From Thelocarpon superellum (taxonomy: Eukaryota), in NCBI GenBank assembly GCA_026025795.1, contig JAPEUG010000001.1, positions 1 to 64,000 on the forward strand: DNA of 64,000 bases. The letters run 5' to 3'. Position 1 is the stretch's first letter. Each line of letters opens with the position of its first letter. Both the position numbers and the translations under genes were made by a program. The notes below the pieces were generated by a model. It did not search any database. It had not been told where the DNA came from and worked only from the letters and a program-made list of their open reading frames with translations. Positions 52,401-64,000 of this stretch are shown one piece after another.

Positions 52401-55400
52401 TCATTTATTAGATTTGTGAACTTCTACAGGCACTTCATCAAGGGCTTTGCAGAGCTTGTGCAGCCACTCAATGTGCTAGTGAAGACACTAAGCAAGAAGT
52501 TGAACATGCCTGTGGTGTTGACACAGGAAGCTTGCCACTCCTTTGAACAACTACATAACACCTTCACCAAGGCACTAGTCTTAGGCCACTTTGATCCCTG
52601 CCTCCCCCTACAGGTTGAGACAGACACCTTGCAGATAGGCATCTCAGGAATCCTGTGCCAGCAGCACCAGGAAGATGAGAAGCTACACTACTAATAGCAA
52701 CCCATTGTGTTCTACTCATGCAAGCTTAGAGACACTGAGTACAACTACAATACAGGCAACCTAGAGATGCTAGCAATTGTCACAGTGTTTGCACAGTAGA
52801 GACACTACCTCTAGGGTGCAGCACACCAGATCAAGGTGGTGACAGATCACAACAATCTCTACACATTCACCTCAGCTAAGACACTGAGTGGACACCACAA
52901 GAGGTGGTATAGCAACCTATCCAAATATGACTTCTGAATCATACATTGACCAGAGAGATTAAACCTAGCCAACACTCTATCAAGATGTCCAGACTACAAG
53001 CAAGCTGCTGCCCCTGAGCAGGGTACTCCCACATGGTTCATCAATACCATGGCTGGCCACAACCAACCCTAGGCAACAGGTGAACCAGGCAGAGCAGCAG
53101 TGCTCACCCTGATGGTTAGCAGCAGCAGCCATGTGTGCATTACACCACAACAAACAGTGATCACAGCATCACATGCCAAGACAGCTTACAGCAAAGCTAC
53201 AAGCAATTTCTACAAGGTCCTTGCAGAACTGCAGCAAGCAGACCCTGACATTGTACATATGACACAGAAGGGCTTCCTGCAAGACAACACCAATATGTTA
53301 ACACAAGGATGCAACAACCCTACAGTGGTGTGGAGCAAGGACACAGACAGCCTCATGCTCCACAAGGGGCACCTGTATGTCCCTGCTCAGGGAGCAGGAC
53401 ACTTGGAGGTTATGCAAACCCACTACAACAACCTCTTAGCAGGGTACTTCAGTGTACACAGGACTACAGAGCTAGTCTAGCAAAAGTACAGCTAGCCTAC
53501 TGTGGCCTAGGACATTGAGGAGTACATCCTTACCTGTGCCATGTGCAGACAAATGAAGCTAGCAAGGCACAAGCAGTATGGAGAGCTACAATTGCTTCCT
53601 CCACTATTGGAACCATGAAAAGACCTAACCATGGATTTTGTCACTAACCTACCCCTGAGTAGTAGTAGCAGGAAGGCCTACAACTCCATCTTAGTCATTA
53701 TGGACCACTTTACCAAAATGGTGTACTACATCACAGTTTGCAAGACAATTAACACACCCAAGCTAGTAGATGTCTTCATCAAGCAGGTTGTTAGCAGATA
53801 TAGGCTACCAAGCTCCATAGTCTCTAACAGAGGCACAGTGTTCACAGCAAGCTTCTGGTCTGCGCTGTACTACTACACAAGGATCAAGCACTACTTGAGC
53901 TCTGTGTTCTATCCACAAACAGACAGACAGACAGAACAACAGAACCAGACACTTGAGCAATACCTTTGCAGCTATGTCAACTAGCATTAAGACAATTGGG
54001 TCCAATGGCTACCCCTAGCCAAATTCTCCTACAACAACAGTCACCACACCTTGTTGAGAGTATCGCTGTTCTATGTGATGTACAGCTACAACCCTGTACT
54101 TGACCTGACTAGGGATCCACCCCCTTGCAAGGTCCTAGATGTCACACAGAGGGTTAGCCACCTACAAGAGCTATGAGGGGAACTTGCACAGCAGCTCCAG
54201 GAAGCCTAGAAAACACAGGCCAGATACTACAATCACAAGACAAAGCAAATGACATACACAGTTGGACAGCAGGTGTGGCTATCAGCACACAACATCTGCT
54301 CTACAAGACCAAGCAAGAAGCTTAACACAAAATACTATAGCCTATTCTGCATATTGGAAGCAGTAGGCAGGCAGGCCTACTGATTAGACCTAGGGAGCAA
54401 GCTGGGCAAGATACACCCTGTGTTCCACATCTCCCTGTTAGAACCCCACAGGCAGAGAGACAACAGAGATGAGGAGCAACCAGGCCCTATCCAGATTGAC
54501 AGTGAAGACAAATAGGAAATAGAGTCCATACTAGCAGAACACAAGCAGTATAGGAAGCAGCTCTACCTCATATAATAGAAAGGCTACTCAGAGGCTCACA
54601 ACTCCTAGGTGCCTGAGGAAGACCTGCTACACTCACAAGACCTACTTAACAAGTTCAAACAATGTCAACACAAGCACCCTACAGCTCCTACAAGACAATC
54701 ATGGGCACAACACCAGGCAGTTGATTAAGAATAGATTCAGTCCCTCTACAGGGAAGGTGCAGCAACCTAGGAAGCTAGTGGCATGTGGGCTTAGCTCCTA
54801 GTGGCTAGGGGCCCAGGGCCCAACCACACAGCAGGAGATACAAAGATCACCTCAACAGGAAAGGACCTACAAGGTGTAACCAACAAGTAGCTAGTTGTTG
54901 GCTAGAGGACAATAGGAGGCCTCAGCTCTGTCAAGAGCCATGTGGGAAGCACTGGACACTGTTCAGCTGTGTAGGGTGTGAGGAGTTGCAGACTGCAAGG
55001 CCTAGCAGCTAGCACTTGGGGATGGTTCTGAGGTCATTGTTCTCCCCAAAGGACCTTGGCTTGGGGTTGAGGTAATAGACAATAGAGACAATAGAGCATC
55101 TTGGGTTGATCTGCACCCATGTCTACAACACCTAGCAGATTGAGAGCTGGGGTTTGTGCTAGGGTTGACTCTGCCAATTGTGAAACCACACACTCAAGGA
55201 GCAGCCTCACTCTCAAGAGGTTTGTCTAGAAGGTCTAGGTCCTTGTCAGGACTAAATGGGTAGACTGCAGGGAATCGATTCTGCCACAATGTGAGTGACA
55301 CCCAGCAAGCAGTAGAGACAACACAGACACCTACCAAGTAGCACAGCTGGTTTAGGATCTCCATTAGAAGGAAGTTCAAGTGCTTAGTTGCAGCAAGAAG

Positions 55401-56419
55401 AGTGCTGCTGTCACACTGTCCACACTTGTTGAATTCAATAGTGGAACAGAACTTTGAGATGTGGAGCAGCAGGCTAGACCTATAGGTCTCTAGCTGTGAT
55501 TCCACTGTGATGGTGTTGGTAGGAGGATGAAGGAGTGAGTTCATGTACTGCTCTTGCAGCCAGAAGATGGTGTTCACCTGTCCTACAAACTTTGTTAGGA
55601 TCTAGTCAACAAATCAGCACAGCTACACAGCAGAGTAATCAATGTACTAAGAGACAGGGGTGCCTAGCAGTTTAGCACCTATCACACTTCCTATACAGAT
55701 TAGGCTTATGGCACCTATGGCTGTGGTCATGGCCAATCCACTTGATGTAGTGTTGACAGGTGCTCTAATCCAACACAGGAGGCAGGCTAGGCACAGCCAC
55801 CTGCTCAGGCAACATGGCAGACATTGTGAGGTTCAGCAAAAGCAGAACAGAGGTAGAAGCAGATCAATGGAAGCAGAACAGGAGTAGAACAAACACAGGA
55901 TATTCTTGAACAAAGAAGCTGCAATAATTGTAGATCAAGATCCTAGTTGACAAAGAAGCTGTAGAAGAAGTAGAGTGTCAACAGACCTACAACAAATATC
56001 AACAATGTGCAAATTAGTAGCAATTCACCACAACACAACAACAACACTTTGCCCTAGCCCTATAGTGCTATTGACAACCACCCCACAGGGCTAACCAGTT
56101 CAATAGCAGCAGGTGAATAGCTGTGTGCGCTCCTAGAACAGAGTGCTAAGGAAGGGGGTAATTGTGAGGCTGGGAGCTCCACACCTTGCCACAAGGATAG
56201 GAGTGATCACATGATGGCTACATGATGGTTACATAATACAGTACATGACCTAGCACACTGTATATAAACCAAGTCCCACTGTGAGCTAGCAGAGCCCTAG
56301 CATTCAACTCAAGTAACACAAGGAGGCTAGTCATAGGTCTATGACCCCTAGGAGCCACAGAGTCAACTCCATTAACTACATCTACTGTTTCCACCTAGCT
56401 GTAGGCCTTTGTTGTCACA
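49403..56419 (+). mobile_element. Ty3/gypsy chromovirus B2 (full length, same family as B1, opposite orientation), inserted in gag of A
   Basis: 257-bp LTRs 49403-49659 and 56163-56419; TSD GTATG on both sides; protease ALIDSR, RT VVYLDNIVIYS, RNase H VETDT, integrase MDFVTNLP, chromodomain EIESIL...KGYS; PPT GAAGGGGGTAAT; many in-frame stops. Confidence 0.96.
54850..55824 (-). pseudogene. Antisense intron-containing Cys/His accessory gene of B2 (decayed)
   Basis: ATG 55824: MSAMLPEQV...TCQHYIKWIGHDHSHRCHKPNLYRKCDRC*TARHPCL, intron GTACAT...GCTGAT...TAG, then ILTKFVGQVNTIFWLQEQYMNS (ORF 55194-55577). 3' end uncertain. Confidence 0.65.
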
Positions 56420-57530
56420 GTATGGGTATGCCAGCTAGCTTAGGAATGTCTAGCAGCTTGTCATTGAGCTGCTTGTCTGTCTCACCACAGTAAGCAGAAT
56501 CAGGCTATTGTTGACTGCTATCAACTTTGGCTTCTTTGTAACTAACTAGCTTGTCATAGGTGTCTGCCTTTGCTGATAGAGCTTGTAGGACATTAGATCA
56601 GTGTATTCCACTTTGGCTAGACACAAGGACCACTACCTCTTGTTTAAAGTGTGCAAGGGCTGTCTAGAACATTGTTGATGTTAGCATCCAGTAATGTGAA
56701 ATAGCTAGTTTGTCTTCAGTTAGCAGAGGTGGGAGGAGGTTGACAAGGTCTTTGACCTACAGAGGCAGGTTGTATCCCAGCATCTTCTGTATAAATGCTA
56801 CAAGCTGGTGGCTAATGAGGATTGTGGTGTCACTCAGCTGGGCCCTAGGCATAGCCTTTGTGGAAATGCTAGGGTAGGGCTGTTGTAGTATTGGACTAGG
56901 CATACTACAGTTGGACAACAGGGCTGACACAATGGTAACACATGACAATAAGGCAATAGGAGAGGGGTTATGGATGTGCTACAGGGTCAATACAGGATGG
57001 TTGACCTGTGGCTACAACACACAGGAAGGAAAGGAGAGGATAGATGCTAGCAGACAGCAAGATGCTGTAGCTAGTGGGGCTGGTAGGAGCTAGACAAATG
57101 ATGTTGTTATTGTTGTTGGCTCAACTGTTAGGGTCCTGGGATCTTGACCAGAGGGAGGGTAGGATCCTCTTGTTATCTCACAATGGCCCAATCAATGGTA
57201 GAACTATAGAATATTGAACAAGAGAAGGTGTTGCTACTATTTGTAACAGCTATCCTATATAATGAGTGGGGTGTAAGATGCTTTATTAACTTAGCTTGCT
57301 AGCTAAGCCTATATACTATAACACAGTGTCATGTGACTTGTCACATGACATAGCAATACTAGGTATAATTACTACTGTACAGTATGTCTGTAACAGCTTC
57401 TTTGTCAACTAGGATCTCAATCTGCAATTGTTGCAGCTTCTTTGTTCAAGGATATCCTGCATTTGTTCTGCTCCTGTTCTGCTTCTATTAATACACTTCT
57501 GCCTCTGTTCCACTTTCACTGAACCTCACA

Positions 57531-58500
57531 ATGTCTGCTGTATTGCCTAAGTAGGTGGCTGTGCCTAGCCTGCCTCCTGTGTTAGATCAGAGCACCTGTC
57601 AACACTGCATCAAGTGGATCAGCCACAACCACAGCCATAGGTGCTATAAGCCTAATCTGTATAGGAAGTGTGATAGGTGCTAAACCACTAGGCACCCCTG
57701 TCTCTCAGTACATCAATTGCTCTACTGTGTAGCTGTGCTAATTCATTGACCAGATCCTAACAAAGTTTGTAGGACAGGTGAACACCATCTTCTAGCTGTA
57801 AGAGCAGTACATGAACTCACTCCTTCATCCTCCTACTAACACTATTGTAGCAGAATTGCAGCTAGAGACCTATAGGTCTAGCCTGCTACTCCACATCTCA
57901 AAGTTCTGTTCTACTGTCAAATTCAACAAGCATGGACAGCATGACAGCAGCACTCTTCTTGCTGTGACTAAGCACTTGAACTTCCTCCTAATGGAGATCC
58001 TGAACTAGCTATGCTACTTGGTAGGTGTCTGTGTTGTCTCTACTGCTTGCTGGGTGTTGCTCATGTTGTAGTAGAATCAATTCCCTACAGTCTGCCCATT
58101 TAGTCCTGACAAGGACCTAGACCTTCTAGACAAACCACTTAAGGGTGAGGCCACTCCTCAAGTGCATGGTGTCACAATTGGCAGAGTTAACCCTAGCACA
58201 AACCCCAGCTCCCAATCTGCTAGGCATTGTGGACATGGGCATAGATCAACCTAAGACACTCTATTATCTCTGTTGTCTATCACCTCAACTCCAAGCCAAG
58301 GTCCTTTAGGGGGGACAATGACCTTAGAACCATCCCTAAGCACTAGCCACTAGGCCTTGCAGTCTGCAACTCCTTACACCCCATACAGCCAAATGGTGTC
58401 CAGCGCTTCCCACATGGCTCTTGACAGAGCCAAGGCCTCCTGTCATCCTCTAGCCAACAACTAGCTACTTGTTGGTTACACCTTGCAGGTCCTTTCCTAT
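57531..58500 (+). pseudogene. Antisense intron-containing Cys/His accessory gene of B1 (decayed)
   Basis: ATG 57531: ...TCQHCIKWISHNHSHRCYKPNLYRKCDRC*TTRHPCLS, intron 57708-57753 (GTACAT...GCTAAT...CAG), then in-frame ILTKFVGQVN...MNSLLHPP. 3' end uncertain. Confidence 0.65.
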
Positions 58501-61500
58501 TGAGGTGATCTTTGTATCTCCTGCTATGTGGTTAGGCCCTAGGCCCCCAGCCACTAGGAGCTAAGCCCACATGCTCCTAGCTTCCTAGGTTGCTATGCCT
58601 TCCCTACAGAGAGACTGAATCCATTCTTAATCAACTGCCTAGCATTATGCCCATGATTGTCTTGTAGGAGCTGTAGGACACTTGTGTTGACATTGTTTGA
58701 ACTTGTTGAGTAGGTCTTGTGAGTGTAGCAGGTCTTCCTCAGGCACCTAGGAGTTGTGAGCCTCTAAGTAGCCTTTCCATCATATGAGGTAGAGCTGCTT
58801 CCTATACTGCTTGCATTCTGCTAGTATAGACTCTATTTCCCATTTGTCTTTGCCATTGATCTAGATGGGGCCTAGTTGCTCCTCATTGCTGTTGTCTCTC
58901 TGCCTGTGGGGTTCTAACAGGGAGACATGGAACATAGGGTGTATCTTGCCCAGCTTGCTCCCTAGGTCTAATCAGTAGGCCTGCCTGCCTACTGCTTCCA
59001 ATATGTAGAATAGGCTATAGTATTTTGTGTCAAGCTTCTTGCTTGGTCTTGCAGAGTGGATGTTGTGTGCTGATAGCCACACCTGCTGTCCAACTGTGTA
59101 CATCATTTGCTTTGTCTTGTAGTTGTAGTATCTAGCCTGCATTTTTTGGGCTTCCTGAAGCTGCTGCACAAGTTCCCCTTGTAGCTCCTGTAGGTGGCTA
59201 ACCCTCTGTGTAACATCTAGGACCTCACAAGGGGGTAAATCCCTAGTCAGGTCAAGCATAGGGTTGTAGCTGTACATCACATAGAACAGTGATACTCCTA
59301 ATGAGGCATGGCAACTGTTGTTGTAGGAGAATTCAGCTAGGGGCAGCCATTAGACCTAATTGTCTTGATGCTAGTTGACATAGCTGCAAAGGTACTACTC
59401 AAGTGTTTGGTTCTGTTGTTCTATCTATCCATCTGTTTGTAGATAGAATACAGAGCTCAAGCAGCACTTGATTCTTGTGTAGTAGCACAGTACAGACCAG
59501 AAGCTCACTGTGAACACCATGCCTCTGTTAGAGACTATAGAGCTTGGTAGCCCATATCTGCTAACAACCTGCTCAATGAAGACATCTGCTAGCTCAGGCA
59601 TGTCAATTGTCTTGCAAACTGTGATGTAGCACACCATTTTGGTGAAGTGGTCTATGACAACTAGGATGGAGTTGTAGGCCTTCCCACTACTACCACTCAG
59701 GGGTAGGTTAGTGACAAAATCCATAGTTAGGTCTTTCCATAGTTCTAATAGTGGAGGAAGCAATTGTAGCTCTCCATACTGCTTGTGCCTTGCTGGCTTC
59801 ATTCATCTGCACATGGTGTAGGTAAGGATGTACTCCTTGATGTCCTAGGCCACAGTAGGCCAGCTGTACTTTCACTAGACCAGCTCCATAGTCCTGTGTA
59901 CACCAAAGTGCCCTGCTAAGGGGTTGTCATAGTAGGTTCACATAACCTCCAAGTGTCCTACTCCCTGAGCAGGGATATACAGGTGACCCTTGTAGAGCAT
60001 AAGGCTGTCTGTGTCCTTGCTCCACATCTCTATAGGGTTGTTGTGTCCTTGCATTGACATATCAGCATCATCTTGTAGGAAGCCCTTCTATGTCATATGT
60101 ACAATGTCAGGGTCTGCTTGCTGCAGTTCTGCAAGGACCTTGCAGAAATCACTTATAGCTTTGCTGTAAGCTGTCTCAGCATGTGATGCCACAATCACTG
60201 TTTGTTGCAGTGTAATGCACACATGGCTGCTACTGCTAACCATTAGGGCAAGCGCTGCTGCTCTGCCTAGTTCACCTGTCACATAGGGTTGGTTGTGGCT
60301 AGCCATGGTATCAACAAACCACATGGGAGTTCCCTGCTCAGGGGCAGCAGCTTGCTCATAGTCTGGACATCTCAATAGAGCATTGGCTAGGTTCAATCTC
60401 TCTAGTCAATGTATGATTCAGAAGTCATATTTGGATAGGTTGCTATACCACCTCTTGTGGTGTCCACTCAGTGTCTTAGCTAAGGTGAACATGCAGAGAT
60501 TGTTGTGATCTGTCACCACCTCAATCTGGTGTGCTGCACCCTAGAGGTAGTGTCTCCACTATGCAAACACTACAACAATTGCTAGCATCTCTAGGTTGCC
60601 TGTATCATAGTTGTACTCAGTGTCTCTGAGCTTGTGCAAGTAGAACACAATGGGTTGCTATTGGTGGTGTAGCTTCTTGTCTTCCTAGTGCTACTAGCAC
60701 AGGATTCCTAAGATGCCTATCTGTGAGGTGTCTGTCTCAACCTGTAGGGGGAGGCAGGGATCAAAGTGGCCTAAGACTAGTGCCTTGGTGAAGGTGTTGT
60801 GTAGTTGTTCAAAGGAGCAGCAAGCTTCCTGTGTCAACACCACAGGTGTGTTTGACTTCTTGCTTAGTGTCTTCACCAGCACATTAAGTGGCTGTACAAG
60901 CTCTGCAAAGCCCTTGATAAAGCACCTGTAGAAGTTTGTGAATCTAATGAATGATTGGATATCTCTTGTTGTTTTGGGAGCTGGCCATTCTACAATGGCT
61001 TCCACCTTGCTAGGGTCCATATAGACCCTCTGAGGCATGATGACATACCCTACAAAGGGGACTCTGTCAACATTAAACTAGCACTTTTCTAGCTTGAGAA
61101 ATAGGCTGAGGTGTAGGAGGTGTTTAAGCACCTTGTGCATGTGCTGTGTGTGCTCAGCCTTGACTTTGCTATATATGACAATGTTGTCTAAGTATACTAT
61201 GCAGAAGTTGTCTAGGTATTCTGCTAGTTCTCTATTGATATAGCTCTAGAATGTAGCAGGGGTGTTGACAAGCCCAAATAGCATTACCTAGTATTCAAAG
61301 TGTCTATATCTTGTTCAGAAGGCTGTCTTCCACTCATCCCTGTCCTTAATGTAGATCAGGTTGTACACAGCACATATGTCAAGCTTGGTAAACACCTTGC
61401 CCTGTGAGAGTTGATCTAGCAACTTGCTGATCAATGGCAGTAGGTGCTAGTTCTTCTTAGTGATCTTATTGAGACCCCTGTAGTCCACACAGAGTCACAG

Positions 61501-64000
61501 TCCCCTACCTAGCTTAGGTGCAAAGAGGACTAGGGCTCCTGCTAGCAACTTGGAATGCTGGATGAACCCCTTTTCTAGGTTGGTTTCCATATAGTCCTTG
61601 AGGACACTCAGCTCTGTAGCTGATAGGTTGTAGAGAGGCCCCTATGGTGGCTCTCCCTCTGTGAGGTCAATGGCTATGTCATGTGGCCTGTGTTGCAGTA
61701 GCTGGTTTGCTAGCTCCTCTGAGAAGACCTGCTCAAGGTTAGAGTATTCAGGTAGTATAGATTGACTAGCAGACACAGCTACTATGATGTAGTGCTCTTG
61801 TTAGCTGTTGTCCTCATAGGACACATGGATTGCAAGGACACTAATGTGCTCCTACTCCACCACAGCAGCCAGCTCTTGGGCCTTCACAATTGTGATGTTG
61901 TTGCACTACTGCAGGACCTTGCCCCTGCAAGTCCATGTCTTTGTTGTCTAGCAGACATCTGGGTTGTGCTTGTCAAGCCATAGGTAACCTAGAACCATCT
62001 TGTACTAGTTGAATAGTGTAGCCACAAAGGAGTCCTTTGAGTCTAGGACCTGCCCTTTGCTGTCTATGGCACAGCTGGTCAACTGCTTGACTCTATATGT
62101 AGGGATGTGATGTCCCCCAAATGCCATTACCTGTGGGGCAGGCTTGTCACAGTCACATAGCTGCAGCTCCTTAGCTAGCAGATGTGACACAAAGTTTTGT
62201 TCCACTCTAGAATCAATCAGTGCTGTAGCTGTGACTGTCCTGTTGTCTTGCAGGATCTTAATTAGGACAACCAATTATCTTGTGTCAGTCTCAGAATAGT
62301 GACTTAGTAGCACCAACACAATGTCTACTAAGCCCCTACTTTTGGGTTGTGTGCTAGCTTCTCTTGCTTCTTACTACAGCAGTCTTTCTCCTTATGGCCC
62401 TTGTAGCTGCACTAGTTGCATTTGCTACTAAACCTCTTTGACATTGTATAGGTCAAACTGCTGCTATGGTCCTAGGGCTTAGTTGATGTGGATGAGGTGT
62501 TTGATGTTGACAGGGTGGATGTGTGGTTCCATGTACAGCTTCCTCCTGTTGACTGGTTTGGCAGGGATTGGCCTAACCATGATGTTGATCAACTGCTTCT
62601 ACACAGCTGTAGTGCTGATCTGTGGCCCTGTTCAGGCCCTGAGCCTAGCCCTAGGGCCCTGCTTGCAGCCTAAGGGTTTAGGAGTTGCTGAACCTTGGAT
62701 GCCTCTACTATTAGGCTCTCTCAATTGGTAGGGTGTTTGTCCTTAGTGTCAAGTTCTTGTTGTATCTCTAGTAGTAAGCTAGCCCATAGCACTCTAACAC
62801 AAGCTGTGTTGTCAATAGGGTCTATGAGGTCCTCTAGTGATTCCAGGTAGGATACAAAGTGAAATAGGTCCTGTCCTGGCTTCTGCTTTGCTCTGTAGTA
62901 TGACTGTGCTGCACTGTCAGCTTGGGTGTTACTAGGGTTGATCAAAAGTTGGAAGAAGTCCTTGACTTCCTTCCAGGTTGTCAGTGGTGTGGCCCCTGCT
63001 TGCTTGTATACAAACTGGTTAACTATACCAGGTCCTAGCCAGTTGCTTGTGAGGGTAAGCTGGTCCTCATCTGTCTTATAGGTGTATGGCTTGGTTTGTA
63101 GAAGGTGTTTGACACAGTAGACCTAGTATTGCTACTTGTTGTAGGTGTGACTGTTGTAGTAGGGCAGATTACCCACATCCCTGTCCTTCTCCTCTCTGTG
63201 TTGCTTCTGTGTAGTGCCTAAGGATGTGGATGAGTCAGGTGAATGGGGTTGTTGTTGAGAAGCATTCCTAGCTGTCTGCTCAAGTGCAGTGTCAAGCTGT
63301 GTTTCTCTAGAGGTCTCATTGGTGGTTTCTCTAGGTGTGGTGTCTGTTACACAGCTCTGCCACCTAGCAATCTCTTGCTCTAGTTTTTGAATATCAGCTT
63401 CCTCCTTGAGGACATGCAGCTGTTCTTTGAGGGTCTGCTTGTGTTGTAGGTAGGATATCATGGCTGTAGGTGGTGTAGGGGCTTCTGTGCTTGTTGAGGC
63501 CTGCTGGATCTCATAGTCCTGTTGGCTGTCTGCTAAGATCTCAGTGTTGGTGTTGATGTTGTTGATCCTGGTCTTGGTGTTGGCTCTGCTTGACCCCTGC
63601 ATAGCTTCTAGGTAGGATGTTGCTTGAGTCTCCACTATGGTGCCTGTCTAACTGGTTCTAGCTAGCACTCTGCTAGGTATCTGAGTGTTCAAAACTGTGA
63701 CAACAAAGGCCTACAGCTAGGTGGAAACAGTAGATGTAGTCAATGGAGTTGGCTCTGTAGCTCCTAGGGCTCACAGACCTATAACTAGCCTCCTTGTGTT
63801 ACTTGAGTTAAATGCTGGGGCTCTGCTAGCTTGTAGTGGGACTTGGTTTATATACAGTGTGCTAGGTCATGTGCTGTATCATGTGACTATCACATGGCTG
63901 TCATGTGATCACTCTTATCCTCATGGCAAGGTGTGGAGCTCCTAGCCTCACACTACCCTATACAAGCCACCTACTGTAGCTGTTGGATGTCAGTTGCTTC

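Larger units (their letters stand above)
42963..57395 (-). mobile_element. Ty3/gypsy element A (different family), inserted in the B1 3' region and interrupted by B2
   Basis: 154-bp LTRs 42963-43116 and 57242-57395; TSD GCTTC on both sides; RT YINN (decayed YIDD) ~46020; integrase TLDFI...DKFSK; chromodomain ~43310-43460; PBS-like TAGTAGCA (decayed TGGTAGCG) next to the 5' LTR. Confidence 0.93.
42498..63952 (-). mobile_element. Ty3/gypsy chromovirus B1 (outer LTR element), interrupted by element A
   Basis: 257-bp direct LTRs 42498-42754 and 63696-63952; TSD CTACC at 42493-42497 and 63953-63957; PPT complement ATTACCCCCTTCCTT after 42754; decayed gag-PR-RT-RH-IN-chromodomain on the minus strand, 63640 to ~58630. 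Confidence 0.95.
41475..64000 (+). mobile_element. Degenerate pogo/Fot1-like (Tc1-mariner) DNA transposon, split by a 21.5-kb nested insertion; runs off the window
   Basis: TA followed by a terminus with internal repeat CAATTCTGTACA x2. Decayed ORF from 41548: HTH-psq-like SLHQAAAYY, CENP-B HTH (QEEAL...GFPP...VGINW), IWNVDKTGF, SPKGWT, LLLMDGYSSH, IILVCLLP. It resumes at 63953 as PYTSHLL*LLDVSCF (the HTSHxLQPLD motif). Confidence 0.93.

Overview
GC-rich filamentous-ascomycete (Pezizomycotina-type) DNA with short GT-AG introns, in three zones. (1) 1-11.1 kb: the 3' end of a Pro/His-rich gene, two hypothetical genes, then RVB2, a LIN1/Snu40-type GYF gene and UFD1. (2) 11.3-34.8 kb: twelve consecutive, mostly intron-containing genes with no other gene type recognisable between them. 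Each encodes the same ~55-aa N-terminal three-helix Myb/SANT-like module followed by an unrelated disordered tail. Introns split the domain, so the ORF track hides most of them; I spliced them by hand. Five members of one subtype sit in tandem in the middle, flanked by members of a second subtype, and a solo LTR lies inside the array. This array is the main candidate for an undescribed system. HSP60, cofilin and GET5/MDY2 follow (36.6-41.3 kb). (3) 41.5-64 kb: a CpG-depleted, stop-riddled four-level nest. A pogo/Fot1 transposase is interrupted by gypsy B1 (TSD CTACC), B1 by gypsy A (TSD GCTTC), and A by an inverted second B copy (TSD GTATG). The B family appears to self-prime and carries an antisense, intron-containing Cys/His gene. 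All gene models and family calls come from reading the sequence; no searches were run.
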